A DNA stretch of 64,000 nucleotides. Origin: Candidatus Aenigmatarchaeota archaeon (lineage in GTDB: Archaea > Aenigmatarchaeota > Aenigmatarchaeia > CG10238-14 > SCSR01). The DNA is taken from positions 722,262 through 786,261 of the forward strand of contig JACPJU010000001.1 in the NCBI GenBank assembly GCA_016187385.1, written 5' to 3'. The translations under genes were made by a program, and so were the position numbers. This document shows positions 1 through 9,837 of this stretch, in pieces (the first letter of the stretch is position 1; each line of letters begins with the position of its first letter). Under the pieces are notes generated by a model that did no database searches, was not told the DNA's origin, and saw only the letters and a program-made list of their open reading frames with translations.

Positions 1-1323
1 CCGCTGACTGCTGTGAATGGCCACTCAGCTGGTTCTACAGAATCCCATGTATAAATTTCTTTTATTCTATTCCACAGTGACAAATATGTGTGATTTCTGT
101 TTTCTTCAAGTGCTTTTGATAAATATCGTGGGAAGAAATTAGCACCATTATTTTCGCGGTCTGATGAGGCCATCCTCACCATCGGCCTATTTCCTATATC
201 TAACCCATCTGTGAGAACTTGTGCCCAAGACATGGCATTAATCCATGTAAATCTTTCAATGCTCACGTTTCGCAGATAGCTGTTTATGTCTGCAGATGTG
301 TAGCCTCCTGTCATAGCAGCAGCAACACCGGATGATGTTCCATGTGTACTATTCAATACATAAACCCTAGCATTGGGAGGTAAATTTTTGAATACATATT
401 CTAAATTAGCCTTCGTTACTTGATCATTCGAGTAATCTATAACTGCACCAGCGCGCAGGTCGTTGCTGAATTCAATGCGACCTTGTTGCAACAATGATAT
501 TATCTGTTCCTCTGTAACAATCTCGTCAGCCAGACAATATTTGCGTACAAGTTCCCTTGCCTTTGTTTCATCGCCTTTTACAACACCATTTTCATTGTAG
601 AGTATTGGTTCATAGCTACTACTGTAAGTCGCACCCACACCTTCACAGCTTCGCAAATGCTCAGAGTCGTTAAAGAAGAATGTTATATGGTCATCGTCAA
701 TGCCGAGATTTCTTAACCCCCAGTAAAATTCAAAGAGAACCGATCTTATACTGTTTTCCTGATAATTGGAATACGCCTCAGTAGTTGGGCCACCTATTAG
801 GATAAAATAACTCCTGTCCTTTTCAGTCTGTGCAATCTTTTCTCTAGATCTATTTGATATTAAATAACTAGCTACAACTGATTGTTCCTGTTCGTTTTGC
901 TGAATTACTTCATTATTGTAACTGTTGACTCTTGTGTAATCAGTGGGTGGTGTACTAGCACTCGCTCCTCCGCCTATAGTGTTGAAAAGCATGAATGCTC
1001 CGGTGAGAGCCGATGCGATTGAATAGGGAAGTCTAAACCAATTTTTACCTTTTCCTTTGCTTTTAGCATCACGAGAATGTATCCCATCGTTTGCAGGAAA
1101 ATAATTTTCTAATTGAATCGGCGCAACATCAGACTGACTATTATGAACTCTATAACTAACAGGTTCTTGATATATGGAATAATCTTCATCTCTATGTGTA
1201 AATTCTTGTGATATTCTGCTCCAATGCTGTTGTGTAGGAAGGTCTGTATAAAAAGGATGCCTACCGTCAGCAAGCAGTTCACGTTCCTTGAAAGCGGTCT
1301 TACTATTGTTATCTAAATACTCC
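1..1323 (-). CDS. Partial (C-terminus runs off the window) signal-anchored hypothetical protein; start ATG at 1321-1323
   Basis: Continuous minus-strand reading frame from 1323 to position 1. N-terminal hydrophobic segment FRLPYSIASALTGAFMLFNTIGG. No confident family assignment; a weak HG...peptidase-like impression only. Confidence 0.4.
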
Positions 1324-1388
1324 ATAGATATCCGATTAAAATCATAAACGTAGTTACAGATTTAAGCCTTCTATTTCCTATAAGAAGG

Positions 1389-2300
1389 TCATTTTACCTT
1401 TCTATTAATAACCCAAAAATATATCACACCAGCCATAGCAATTATCTGTATGAATCCAAACAAGCCAAACTCAGGCAGGCTGTACAACTCGCTTCTTACG
1501 GGTATCGTCAATGTTCTTGACAATGCGGGCCTGTTCACAGACGTCACCGTGACTGTTACTTCATTGCTTTCTGAGGTCAATGGCGTCAATAAACTGGAAA
1601 CGGACGTTATGTCATCAGGATTCACTCCTCCTGTGGTTGCAGTAGGATTTGTCACGTAGAGTCCATTTGGATTGTCCGCTGTAATTGAAGATGTGTAGCT
1701 GTCTGCAAGTCTGCCTTTGTTGTGTATGTCAACCTTCAATTCCACATCCTGCCCGACGCTTGTCGTGATCGCGCTTGCGGCCCTTATTTCAAAGTCGTAA
1801 TCTGATGCAACTTGACAACAGACTTTAATTGGATAAAGACTTGAACAACTACCTACATGAGCGTTAGTTTCGCTTGAAATAGAAGCAAGGCATGCATATC
1901 CTTCAGCGCAGCTACCACGGACATAATTGCATGCTAGTCCTGTTCCTGTCGGCGCGGAGAGACATACAGGATTTTGGTAAGTTGTGTATGTATTCTGTTG
2001 CGCATGAGCATTTGTCGGTGAAGATAATCGTAAAACTGCAAGATTATTGGGCGCTGAACATGAATTGTCTAATGAATCGACACCGCTGCAACAAACTGCG
2101 TAATTGTATCCTGTCTGTGCAGGAAGTTGAGCGTGCGCGTTTGAAGTTGAAGACATCTTGAAGACAATGGTCTCTCCGGGGTCAGTGCACGTATCTACAC
2201 TCTCGATGCTGCAGCTCAATACCGCAGAACTGTCTTTCGCAAATACCAATGTCGTCAGTAGAAGAACAAGATAAAAGCCGAATACCTTCAGATCCTTCAT
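1389..2300 (-). CDS. Secreted Cys-rich protein with three ~45-aa repeats and a C-terminal PEF-CTERM archaeal sorting signal
   Basis: N-terminal signal peptide. Three repeats of the form (S/T)NAHAQ...Y...VC(C). C-terminus LPEFGLFGF followed by a hydrophobic helix and RKVK, which matches the PEF-CTERM architecture. Confidence 0.6.
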   Translation of the reverse strand: MKDLKVFGFYLVLLLTTLVFAKDSSAVLSCSIESVDTCTDPGETIVFKMSSTSNAHAQLPAQTGYNYAVCCSGVDSLDNSCSAPNNLAVLRLSSPTNAHAQQNTYTTYQNPVCLSAPTGTGLACNYVRGSCAEGYACLASISSETNAHVGSCSSLYPIKVCCQVASDYDFEIRAASAITTSVGQDVELKVDIHNKGRLADSYTSSITADNPNGLYVTNPTATTGGVNPDDITSVSSLLTPLTSESNEVTVTVTSVNRPALSRTLTIPVRSELYSLPEFGLFGFIQIIAMAGVIYFWVINRKVK

Positions 2301-2343
2301 ATATTTATTTGCGTTTTCGAGTTATATTTTATTATCTTTCCAG

Positions 2344-2775
2344 TTGAAAGCTATGAAAACCATTTTTGTCGCAGGCCCGTTGTTTTCGGAAGGTGAGATA
2401 TGGTTCGACAAGCAGGTTGTGGCTTTGATCGAAAGACTCGGGTTCAAGGCGCTGTGGTCATGGAGGGACGAGCAGTATCTGATAAACAGAAAGGAACTGA
2501 GTGGCAAGGACTGGACGTACAAGATATTTTATCTGAACAAGGAACTGCTCGACAAGAGCGACATGGTGGTTGCTGTTCTTGACGGTCCTGATGTGGATTC
2601 TGGCACGGCATTTGAGATCGGTTATGCGACAGCGAAAGGAAAGAAGGTCATAGGAATCAAGACCGACAACAGGCTGCACGGAAAGGATCAGACGGTGAAT
2701 TTGATGATACAGGAAACTGTTCAGACTGTCAATTCTTTGGATGAGTTGGAGCATGTATTGTCGGAACTCAAATGA
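2344..2775 (+). CDS. Nucleoside 2-deoxyribosyltransferase-like protein
   Basis: IFVAGPLFSEGE...VVAVLDGPDVDSGTAFEIGYATAKGKKVIG motif pattern typical of the Nuc_deoxyrib_tr fold. Confidence 0.55.
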   Translation: MKAMKTIFVAGPLFSEGEIWFDKQVVALIERLGFKALWSWRDEQYLINRKELSGKDWTYKIFYLNKELLDKSDMVVAVLDGPDVDSGTAFEIGYATAKGKKVIGIKTDNRLHGKDQTVNLMIQETVQTVNSLDELEHVLSELK

Positions 2776-2829
2776 CGACAAATTTTATAATATAGTTAAC
2801 TTTATATACTTGTTAAACAAGTTATACAT

Positions 2830-3084
2830 ATGGGAAAGACTCTTATTGCTGTTAGAGGCGTGGATGAGGACGCATTCAGAAAATTCAGAGCATTAACCAT
2901 CGAGGAAAGAATGAAGCTTGGAGACGCGCTAACTATGGCTATGAAACATTGGCTGGAAGAAGGAAAAAAAAGGGCTGGACCAGACCCTAAAAACTTGTTG
3001 AAAATAAAACCAATCACAATTGGAAAGAAAAAGGTCCGTTGGAGCGATGAGATAGACGAATTCCTTTATGGTAAGAGTTTATGA
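2830..3084 (+). CDS. vapB: VapB-like antitoxin, small DNA-binding protein
   Basis: 84-aa ORF directly upstream of a PIN toxin, overlapping it by 4 nt (ATGA); the position is typical for an antitoxin. Confidence 0.4.
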   Translation: MGKTLIAVRGVDEDAFRKFRALTIEERMKLGDALTMAMKHWLEEGKKRAGPDPKNLLKIKPITIGKKKVRWSDEIDEFLYGKSL

Positions 3085-3485
3085 TTATCTTAGACACAAG
3101 CTTTCTCGTAAGCTACAAGATTGAAAATGACGAGAATCATGAAAAGGCTGCTAAAATAAAAGGCGATATAGTCGATGGAAAGTACGGAAATCCTGTAATT
3201 TCCGACTACATATTTGATGAAACATTGACTGTTGTTTTTGTCAGAAGCAAGAATCTTTCAGTTGCCGTAGAAATGGGGGATGAACTGAGGAATTTTGTAA
3301 AGATTATTAAGATAGGGGATGACGTTTTAGAGGGTTCCTGGGATTTGTTTAAAAATCAGAAAGATACAACTTTCAGTTTTACCGATTGCACAAGTGTAGC
3401 GTTAATGAAAAATGAGAATATAATCAACATCGCCACTTTTGATGGGGATTTCAAAAAAATAAAAGAAATTAGCGTCGTTTCCTGA
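3081..3485 (+). CDS. vapC: PIN-domain ribonuclease toxin VapC
   Basis: MIILDTSFLV...ATFDGDFKK with conserved PIN acidic residues; translationally coupled to the upstream small ORF. Confidence 0.65.
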   Translation: MIILDTSFLVSYKIENDENHEKAAKIKGDIVDGKYGNPVISDYIFDETLTVVFVRSKNLSVAVEMGDELRNFVKIIKIGDDVLEGSWDLFKNQKDTTFSFTDCTSVALMKNENIINIATFDGDFKKIKEISVVS

Positions 3486-3531
3486 TTCTTTAATTTTTAT
3501 AATATTATTAACTAAATTAATAATAATCAAT

Positions 3532-3825
3532 ATGAGGTTATCTATCATAGTCTTAATTTTTTTCATAGCCGTATTAGTGCTGGCAGCGATTTACTTTTTT
3601 GTGATTCGGAAAGAAACCATACCTATAATCGGGCAAGGGCAGCCAATACCAGAACAATCGACAAGCGAACTTCCATCTCCACCTGCGCCTAGATCCATAG
3701 AGTCATCTAACACAACAGTGGAACCTACATCTGAACTTCCATCTCCACCAACACCACGTTCTACTGGTGAATCGCAGAATACAACTTCGACAGGAGAAAT
3801 CCCGCCTCCACCCACACCAAGATAA
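3532..3825 (+). CDS. Small signal-anchored protein with a Pro-rich tandem repeat
   Basis: N-terminal transmembrane helix, then two SELPSPP(A/T)PRS repeats. Confidence 0.35.
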   Translation: MRLSIIVLIFFIAVLVLAAIYFFVIRKETIPIIGQGQPIPEQSTSELPSPPAPRSIESSNTTVEPTSELPSPPTPRSTGESQNTTSTGEIPPPPTPR

Positions 3826-3911
3826 CGAGTTTGTTCATTAAAAATAAGTCACGACTATTTAGTAACAATTTTATACAAAAGCTTATATGTCCGTAGAGCT
3901 TTAAGTTTTTT

Positions 3912-4835
3912 ATGCAGAAAGATGGTATATGGAAAGTATTAGAAGGTTTACTTCTTGGTGTAATGCTCTTGGGCACTGTTACTGTTTCTTCCCTGCCAAT
4001 CGCTAGGGAATTTTCCCAAAGAAGCTATGCTAGTGAAGCCAGAAGCAGTGCTTATGTCAGAGAAATTAAAGGTGATTATGGAAATTTATCCTATACTCCA
4101 GTTACAGTAGCTCAAGAATTACCTCATAGGATTTATCTTCCTTATGTCGAGAAAAGTTCTTCAAATCCTGCACCTGGTACACCAACATCTACTACAGTAC
4201 CAACCCCCACACCCAAAGACGGAACACCCACACCTTTGTCTCAAGATGGAACACCAACCATTACACCACCAGCAATTTTGACACCAACGAGGACTAATAC
4301 ACCCACACCGACTAATAGTCCTACAGTTACAGTAACAGCTACACCGACGCCAGATAACAGTAACACATTTTTAGCACACCATTATTTTTGTTCACGTTCC
4401 ACCAGTCCAAAGCTTTGGCTTGATTACGACGAAGCAGCCGGCATACTAGGAATTGTACCTGGTATACCATCTCAATATGTAAATGAACGTTGGGTGATAC
4501 CTTCCACTGCACTAGATATTCTATCAGTAACTCAATTGGATTCAGGCCTTTATCAAACTAAGGGGTATTATGGTTGGCATGAAGCTGGGTTCATAGATGT
4601 TGTATTCACCACAGGTAAATCTTACGCAACTGTAGGTAGCACTATAACTGACATTACACGGTTCGCTGAATCAATACCAGATCTGGGCGTTCTCTTCCCC
4701 CAACTTAGTGGCAAGTCTGGCATTTATGTCGAATATTATGAACATAATACCAATACCAGAATCAATCCTTGGAATTATAACGGAAAACAGCTAATAGCAG
4801 GAGATTCTGGAGATCCGGGATGTTTTATGCTTTAA
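3912..4835 (+). CDS. Secreted protein with Thr/Pro-rich linker and a C-terminal globular domain
   Basis: Signal peptide; long PTPTP/TPTPT low-complexity linker typical of archaeal glycosylated surface proteins. Confidence 0.45.
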   Translation: MQKDGIWKVLEGLLLGVMLLGTVTVSSLPIAREFSQRSYASEARSSAYVREIKGDYGNLSYTPVTVAQELPHRIYLPYVEKSSSNPAPGTPTSTTVPTPTPKDGTPTPLSQDGTPTITPPAILTPTRTNTPTPTNSPTVTVTATPTPDNSNTFLAHHYFCSRSTSPKLWLDYDEAAGILGIVPGIPSQYVNERWVIPSTALDILSVTQLDSGLYQTKGYYGWHEAGFIDVVFTTGKSYATVGSTITDITRFAESIPDLGVLFPQLSGKSGIYVEYYEHNTNTRINPWNYNGKQLIAGDSGDPGCFML

Positions 4836-4925
4836 AAATTGTGGAATGATAATGGCAAGCAATACCAACTAGATGCGTGTATTCGTTAAACAAAAACATT
4901 TAATAGTGGAAATCAAAATAATATT

Positions 4926-6905
4926 ATGATAGCTAGGTTTCTATTATCTTCATTTTTAATTTCATTGTTAATTTTTCAGATAACACTTGCATATGCTACT
5001 AGTGATGTGTCGCATAACGCAAGTGAAATTCTTGCTGGCACTTTCGGTTCTGCGAATGTCTATCAGATAGGCGATACTAGCGATAGGATGCTCTTACAAC
5101 TCTACTTGAGATCAGATCCCTATTCACCTCTTGTTTACAGTATAAATAAAAATGTAAGTGGAACAGGTCTTTATGGTAAAGCAGAAGGTTCTGGCGGAGT
5201 TGGTGTCTATGGTGTTCACTCTTCATCAGGTGTCGGTGTCCAAGGTCAGTCTCTAGGTTCAGGAACAGGCGTTTTCGGTTATTCTCTCTTAGGCGGAAGC
5301 GGTGTCTATGGTCAAGCAGCCGGTTCAACTGGAATCGGCGTCAGAGCATCAGGCTCCAAATATGATTTCTATGCCGATAGTGGCAACCCAAGCTACTTTA
5401 GCGGACTCGTCAACATAACTGCTCGATCTGCGTCTACAGGACTGTATGTTAAATCAGGAGACTTGACTATACGGATGGAAAATGATACGCCATTCAGCAG
5501 TACACAATTTGCAATGAGTGCAGGTAAATCATTTTGGTCATTGGGAACTGGTTATCCCGCTGGAAACGCCTATGGTTTAGACGATAAAACGTTTTTCATA
5601 TGGGGCCCTGGAGCTTCAGGGGGAGGGATGAAATTAGTTATTGATCCTTCAGGCAACGTCGGCATCAACACAACATCACCACAGTCAGCACTACATGTTA
5701 AAGGAGCAGGGAATAGTATCATAACAATTGAAAATTCAACCACAATAGGCAATCCAAACATTAATTTAAAATCAGGACTCACCGACTGGTACTTAGGAAC
5801 TGGTAATAGACTTCTAGATTCTGGTAAAGCACTTTATATATTAGGCTCAAATTCAAGTGGGTCGACGAAACTAGTTATAGACTCATCGGGTAGAGTAGCT
5901 ATCGGAACAATGTATCCAAAATATATGTTCCTTGTTGCCGATTCTGCTGAAAGTGAACTTTTTAGGACTCGACAAGTAGCAGGGATTCACGCCATTCCAG
6001 AAACCGGAGAAAGTGTCCAGACGAGTGACATTCCCGCTGGCGATCTTATGAGTTTCGGAGGTGGCACTAAATATTTCTTCAACATCTTTGCATATGACCC
6101 AACTCCACCAGCTCTAACTACTGCCGACGAACGCAATTACGCTGTTGTAGGTATGGCGAAACAGATATCCCCTACACAGGTAAATGCATCTAACAGCAGT
6201 CTCCGAGGATTTAGAACAGGTGTGGTAGGTGGACTTTATACAAGTGACGAATCTACTTGGATTGCAGGAGGTGCACTAGGGACGCAAGGTATAGTAAATT
6301 GGCAAAATAATCAAGAGATATCGGGTGTCTTAGGTATTATAAATGCGGGTCCAGGACAATGCCCCCCAGGTTTCAGATGCTATTCCGGACAATTCGGAAG
6401 TCGCGATGGAGCTTATCCGTTTGTAGTCACTAGCGGCAATGTAGGAATAGGAACAACAGACCCAAAAACACAACTGCAGGTAACCAGCCCGACTAACAAC
6501 GTGGGTGGAACAGGACTCATGACAGAATCATGGACAAAACAATTCGCCAGCAACGATAATAATAAGAATTTATTCCTAGTTTCTAATACACACGGTGCCC
6601 AGTCTTTCATGGTGACTGTCACTGTTGGTGAGCCTAGTTTTTCTGTTTCAAAGACATATATCGTGAGCCATAAATACGGCGGTTCCCCTGTGGTGAACAC
6701 TCTCACCGACACTGGCGCTTTCGGTTGTGCAAGTGGACAGACATGCGATTTCAGTTTGACCTTCAGCAATGCCGACGGCGACAAAGGAACATTGGCAAAA
6801 TATACAATCACAGACAAACGATCAAACAACCCCGGAGGTTCTCTCAGGATATCATTGATAATGTTCAATACGTTTGACAATGCCTTCACATTCACCAAAT
6901 ACTAA
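4926..6905 (+). CDS. Large secreted protein with Gly-rich SG(x)GVxG repeats and tail-fibre-like GNVGIGTT(S/D)P motifs
   Basis: Signal peptide. Repeated GSGGVGVYG/GSGTGVFG/GSTGIGV blocks. Three copies of the (N/R)VGI(N/G)TT.P..(A)LHV-type motif, as seen in phage tail-fibre and adhesin beta-structures. Confidence 0.5.
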   Translation: MIARFLLSSFLISLLIFQITLAYATSDVSHNASEILAGTFGSANVYQIGDTSDRMLLQLYLRSDPYSPLVYSINKNVSGTGLYGKAEGSGGVGVYGVHSSSGVGVQGQSLGSGTGVFGYSLLGGSGVYGQAAGSTGIGVRASGSKYDFYADSGNPSYFSGLVNITARSASTGLYVKSGDLTIRMENDTPFSSTQFAMSAGKSFWSLGTGYPAGNAYGLDDKTFFIWGPGASGGGMKLVIDPSGNVGINTTSPQSALHVKGAGNSIITIENSTTIGNPNINLKSGLTDWYLGTGNRLLDSGKALYILGSNSSGSTKLVIDSSGRVAIGTMYPKYMFLVADSAESELFRTRQVAGIHAIPETGESVQTSDIPAGDLMSFGGGTKYFFNIFAYDPTPPALTTADERNYAVVGMAKQISPTQVNASNSSLRGFRTGVVGGLYTSDESTWIAGGALGTQGIVNWQNNQEISGVLGIINAGPGQCPPGFRCYSGQFGSRDGAYPFVVTSGNVGIGTTDPKTQLQVTSPTNNVGGTGLMTESWTKQFASNDNNKNLFLVSNTHGAQSFMVTVTVGEPSFSVSKTYIVSHKYGGSPVVNTLTDTGAFGCASGQTCDFSLTFSNADGDKGTLAKYTITDKRSNNPGGSLRISLIMFNTFDNAFTFTKY

Positions 6906-7243
6906 TTAAAAACAGGTTATGAACTAGAAGCTATCGTAAGGTGATACTAGCTTTCCTGAAAAATCAAAATGAGTATCGCATTTCATGAAAGAAGGATTTC
7001 CAAAGTTGAAACCACTATCAGAGGAAGAAGATAGAAGGCGAAGATAAATAGCTAATTAGCTCAGCATGAAGTTCAGAAAGAAGATGTAGTTTGCGATAAT
7101 TGATACAAAAATTAAGTGGCCGACCAACAAAAGCTGGAAATAATTATATAGTTTTCCTGCCTTATAAGCATTTTAACTGGTTTTAAAATTTTAATAGAAT
7201 CCCGCGTTATGTTATAAAAATTCTTATAAAAGAGCCCCTTTCA

Positions 7244-7717
7244 TCATTTAGCGACACTAATCTGCTTTCTTATCGTATTGACTTCAGATTCCTTGATTTT
7301 GGTAAGGATTTCTTTACATTTAACAAGAAACTTTGGAGCAGTTACAATCATTTCATTTACAAACTTATCTTCAACTTTCCGATCTACGTAGTACTGCGTG
7401 TCTATTCTAGCTTGGAGCGAATCCAACACAAATCTGCACTCGGTTGGCGAAAAGTGAGACGAGAGAAATTTTTTCATAAATTCTATTGTGCACGCATGCA
7501 TTTCACACCTGACACCAATTTTCATGAGAATAGCATACAAAGAGAAGTACATAGAATAGTAGGCAGTAGAGACAGTCCAATCTCTGTTACCTTTGACTTT
7601 CCGCAATGCTTCCAGAGATTCTTCAGCTTTCAGAATGTAGCCATTTGCAAGGTTACTGTTAGGCTCCACTAACTCAATTCCGCCTTTTGTCTGTATACAC
7701 CACCTAATCTTTTCCAT
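7244..7717 (-). CDS. HEPN-domain protein, partner of the adjacent nucleotidyltransferase
   Basis: N-terminal helical pattern ILKAEESLEALRK...AYYSMYFSLYAIL typical of HEPN; overlaps the upstream MNT gene by 14 nt. Confidence 0.5.
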   Translation of the reverse strand: MEKIRWCIQTKGGIELVEPNSNLANGYILKAEESLEALRKVKGNRDWTVSTAYYSMYFSLYAILMKIGVRCEMHACTIEFMKKFLSSHFSPTECRFVLDSLQARIDTQYYVDRKVEDKFVNEMIVTAPKFLVKCKEILTKIKESEVNTIRKQISVAK

Positions 7718-8303
7718 AATAATCTCTCATAATTACATTGACAAATTTTTCAACACCTGAAATCATAATGTGATTTTTAATTATCTCGTTAAGCAGAATA
7801 TCCTTATTTTTCACTGCACGCTTAAATGTACTTTCCGGGTAGTTTTTTACGTTTATCTGCAAGTTATATAATTCAGAAATTCCACTTACTTCGTTTTTGT
7901 TGTATGTCCCTGCAACAAATATATCCAAGTCAGAATCTTTTTTTTGTGTACCTTTAGCATAACTCCCGAAGATTATCACAATGCCGTCAAAGGACTGTTT
8001 TGTTTTCAGGACTATTTCTTTTATCATCGGATATTTCTTGAGAAAATTGACTGTGTGGAGATGTTCAGCAGCTACTATAAGATTTTTTACAGCCTCGATA
8101 TTGTCGAGATTTAGGAAAAATTGCTTATTTCTGCCGACAGTAGTGCTTTTCAAAAAGCCTTCGTTTTCTAGCTTGTTGAGAGTGTTTGCTACAGACTTCT
8201 GGTTTAGTGATTTTTTCCTTGCGATATAACTGCCTGTAAATGAACCGATGTAGTCGCCCAAAAACTCTTCCAGTACCACAAGTTGTAGATTGTTAAATAA
8301 CAT
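7704..8303 (-). CDS. Minimal nucleotidyltransferase (MNT) with an N-terminal winged-HTH
   Basis: IIFGSYAKG...DSDLDIFV matches the GS...D.D nucleotidyltransferase motif; the N-terminal 60 aa look HTH-like. Confidence 0.6.
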   Translation of the reverse strand: MLFNNLQLVVLEEFLGDYIGSFTGSYIARKKSLNQKSVANTLNKLENEGFLKSTTVGRNKQFFLNLDNIEAVKNLIVAAEHLHTVNFLKKYPMIKEIVLKTKQSFDGIVIIFGSYAKGTQKKDSDLDIFVAGTYNKNEVSGISELYNLQINVKNYPESTFKRAVKNKDILLNEIIKNHIMISGVEKFVNVIMRDYYGKD

Positions 8304-8436
8304 ATTACTTATATGAGTATATTATTACTTAAAGCTTTTGTAAACAGAGATTTTCAGTGTTACAACAAAATAGCTCATTAAAATGAAACCTAAGTTATGT
8401 CTACAAAATACAGCTGTATACAATATGTTGGTATAA

Positions 8437-9411
8437 CTATTGTATTTTCACCATCGCAGCATTATTCCCTTCATCCAACTCGTCTATGGCATTATCAGGA
8501 TCCAAGACAATCTCAACATTTGAAAAGTCATCTTTGACGTAAAGGTTGCCGTAGATTATAGTCAACTTGTTTCCCACTGGCATGTTGTTCAACATTTCAG
8601 TCTTGACAACTTTCCCATCGGTTTTTATCACCATCTCAGTCGAACTAATATCCAGCCATCCCCTGTTCTCAATTGTCATGCTTATGTTCAGAAGATAGAA
8701 TGTCTGCACGAGCCTCTTGACAGTTGACTTGGTCACGTTCACTTCTATCACGCTCAAGTCTGCCTTCGGCTGGATTTTGTACGTGTTCTGTAAAATCTGT
8801 TTTTCATTATTGGAAATCTGTATAACTTTATCACTAGGTACTGTAAGAACAGGATACATTATATTCGTTTCGTCTTCCGCATGTTCCAATCCAAGCGCAT
8901 GCCCTATCTCGTGCAGGGCGAGATTTATCATGTCATTGCTGTTCAATTTTTTCGAACCAGATTTTATCAAAAGCTCTATTTTAGCATCGTGTATTATCCC
9001 TACGTTGCTGACATTTACAAACGTAAGTTTCGTGTCCCCTATTGTGTCAAGCGACTTTTCGCTCAACTTGGATACCCATTCAATAGTAATGTCGGCATCT
9101 GGATTTGTAATTTCCTGAAAAGTGACAAGGTTGCTCGTGGACGATTCCCAGTTTCTCATTGCGTCTCTGACATTGTTTGCGTATCCTTTGTTCGATTCGT
9201 CAAGAAAGCTTGTATCGATGTAAACGGTCAATGGAAAATGGTTCCACCTTATAGTTGCATTATTCGATATGTTTACAAGTAAGGCAAAATTCGATTTTAC
9301 AGGCGGTGGAGGCGGTGCCTGTATTTCGACAAATACATCTATTACTTTGGAAGCTATGATGACAGTCAAAGCCAGCACAATCACCCCGAGAGTGGCGGAT
9401 AAAAGATTCAT
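8437..9411 (-). CDS. Secreted/membrane-anchored metzincin-type zinc metalloprotease with a C-terminal CARDB-like domain
   Basis: HEIGHALGLEH matches HExxHxxGxxH. N-terminal transmembrane helix plus a PPPPP linker. C-terminal ...IENRG...NAIDELDEGNN is CARDB-like. Confidence 0.65.
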   Translation of the reverse strand: MNLLSATLGVIVLALTVIIASKVIDVFVEIQAPPPPPVKSNFALLVNISNNATIRWNHFPLTVYIDTSFLDESNKGYANNVRDAMRNWESSTSNLVTFQEITNPDADITIEWVSKLSEKSLDTIGDTKLTFVNVSNVGIIHDAKIELLIKSGSKKLNSNDMINLALHEIGHALGLEHAEDETNIMYPVLTVPSDKVIQISNNEKQILQNTYKIQPKADLSVIEVNVTKSTVKRLVQTFYLLNISMTIENRGWLDISSTEMVIKTDGKVVKTEMLNNMPVGNKLTIIYGNLYVKDDFSNVEIVLDPDNAIDELDEGNNAAMVKIQ

Positions 9412-9441
9412 AACTTATATTATGTAAATCCAATATCAAAT

Positions 9442-9816
9442 ATGGCCAAACGGTTTCAATCTTTGCATGATGCCGCCAGAAAAATAAACGAACTCCAGCA
9501 GAAAGTCAGGATAAAGGAAGAGACAATAAATTCCTTGCGGAATGAAGTCAGAAAGGTCAGGGAAATCAAGGGACCCAATGTGGGCGGCGAGTTGAAAACT
9601 TTCAGAAAAGAATTTCAGAAAAACATGGTAGTGTTGGTCACAGGGGCATTCACTTTTGTGGCAGCATTGACATGGAATGATCTGGTGAGGGAAATCATAA
9701 CATCTGTTGTGCCCGCAAACAAGGAGATTTATTACAGGTTTCTAAGCGCTGTGGCGATTACTTCCATAGCAATCATGATAATCTACATCCTGTCAAAATT
9801 CAAAAGCCAAGAGTGA
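9442..9816 (+). CDS. Hypothetical protein with an N-terminal coiled coil and two C-terminal transmembrane helices
   Basis: ORF with hydrophobic C-terminal segments; no family recognised. Confidence 0.35.
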   Translation: MAKRFQSLHDAARKINELQQKVRIKEETINSLRNEVRKVREIKGPNVGGELKTFRKEFQKNMVVLVTGAFTFVAALTWNDLVREIITSVVPANKEIYYRFLSAVAITSIAIMIIYILSKFKSQE

Positions 9817-9837
9817 CGCTTCACAAGGATTTAAAGA

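Noticed and set aside
1450-2161. Track ORFs 1450-1659(+) and 1892-2161(+) inside the PEF-CTERM gene
   Set aside because: They lie antisense within a well-supported 303-aa gene and translate to low-complexity or odd sequence; treated as frame shadows.
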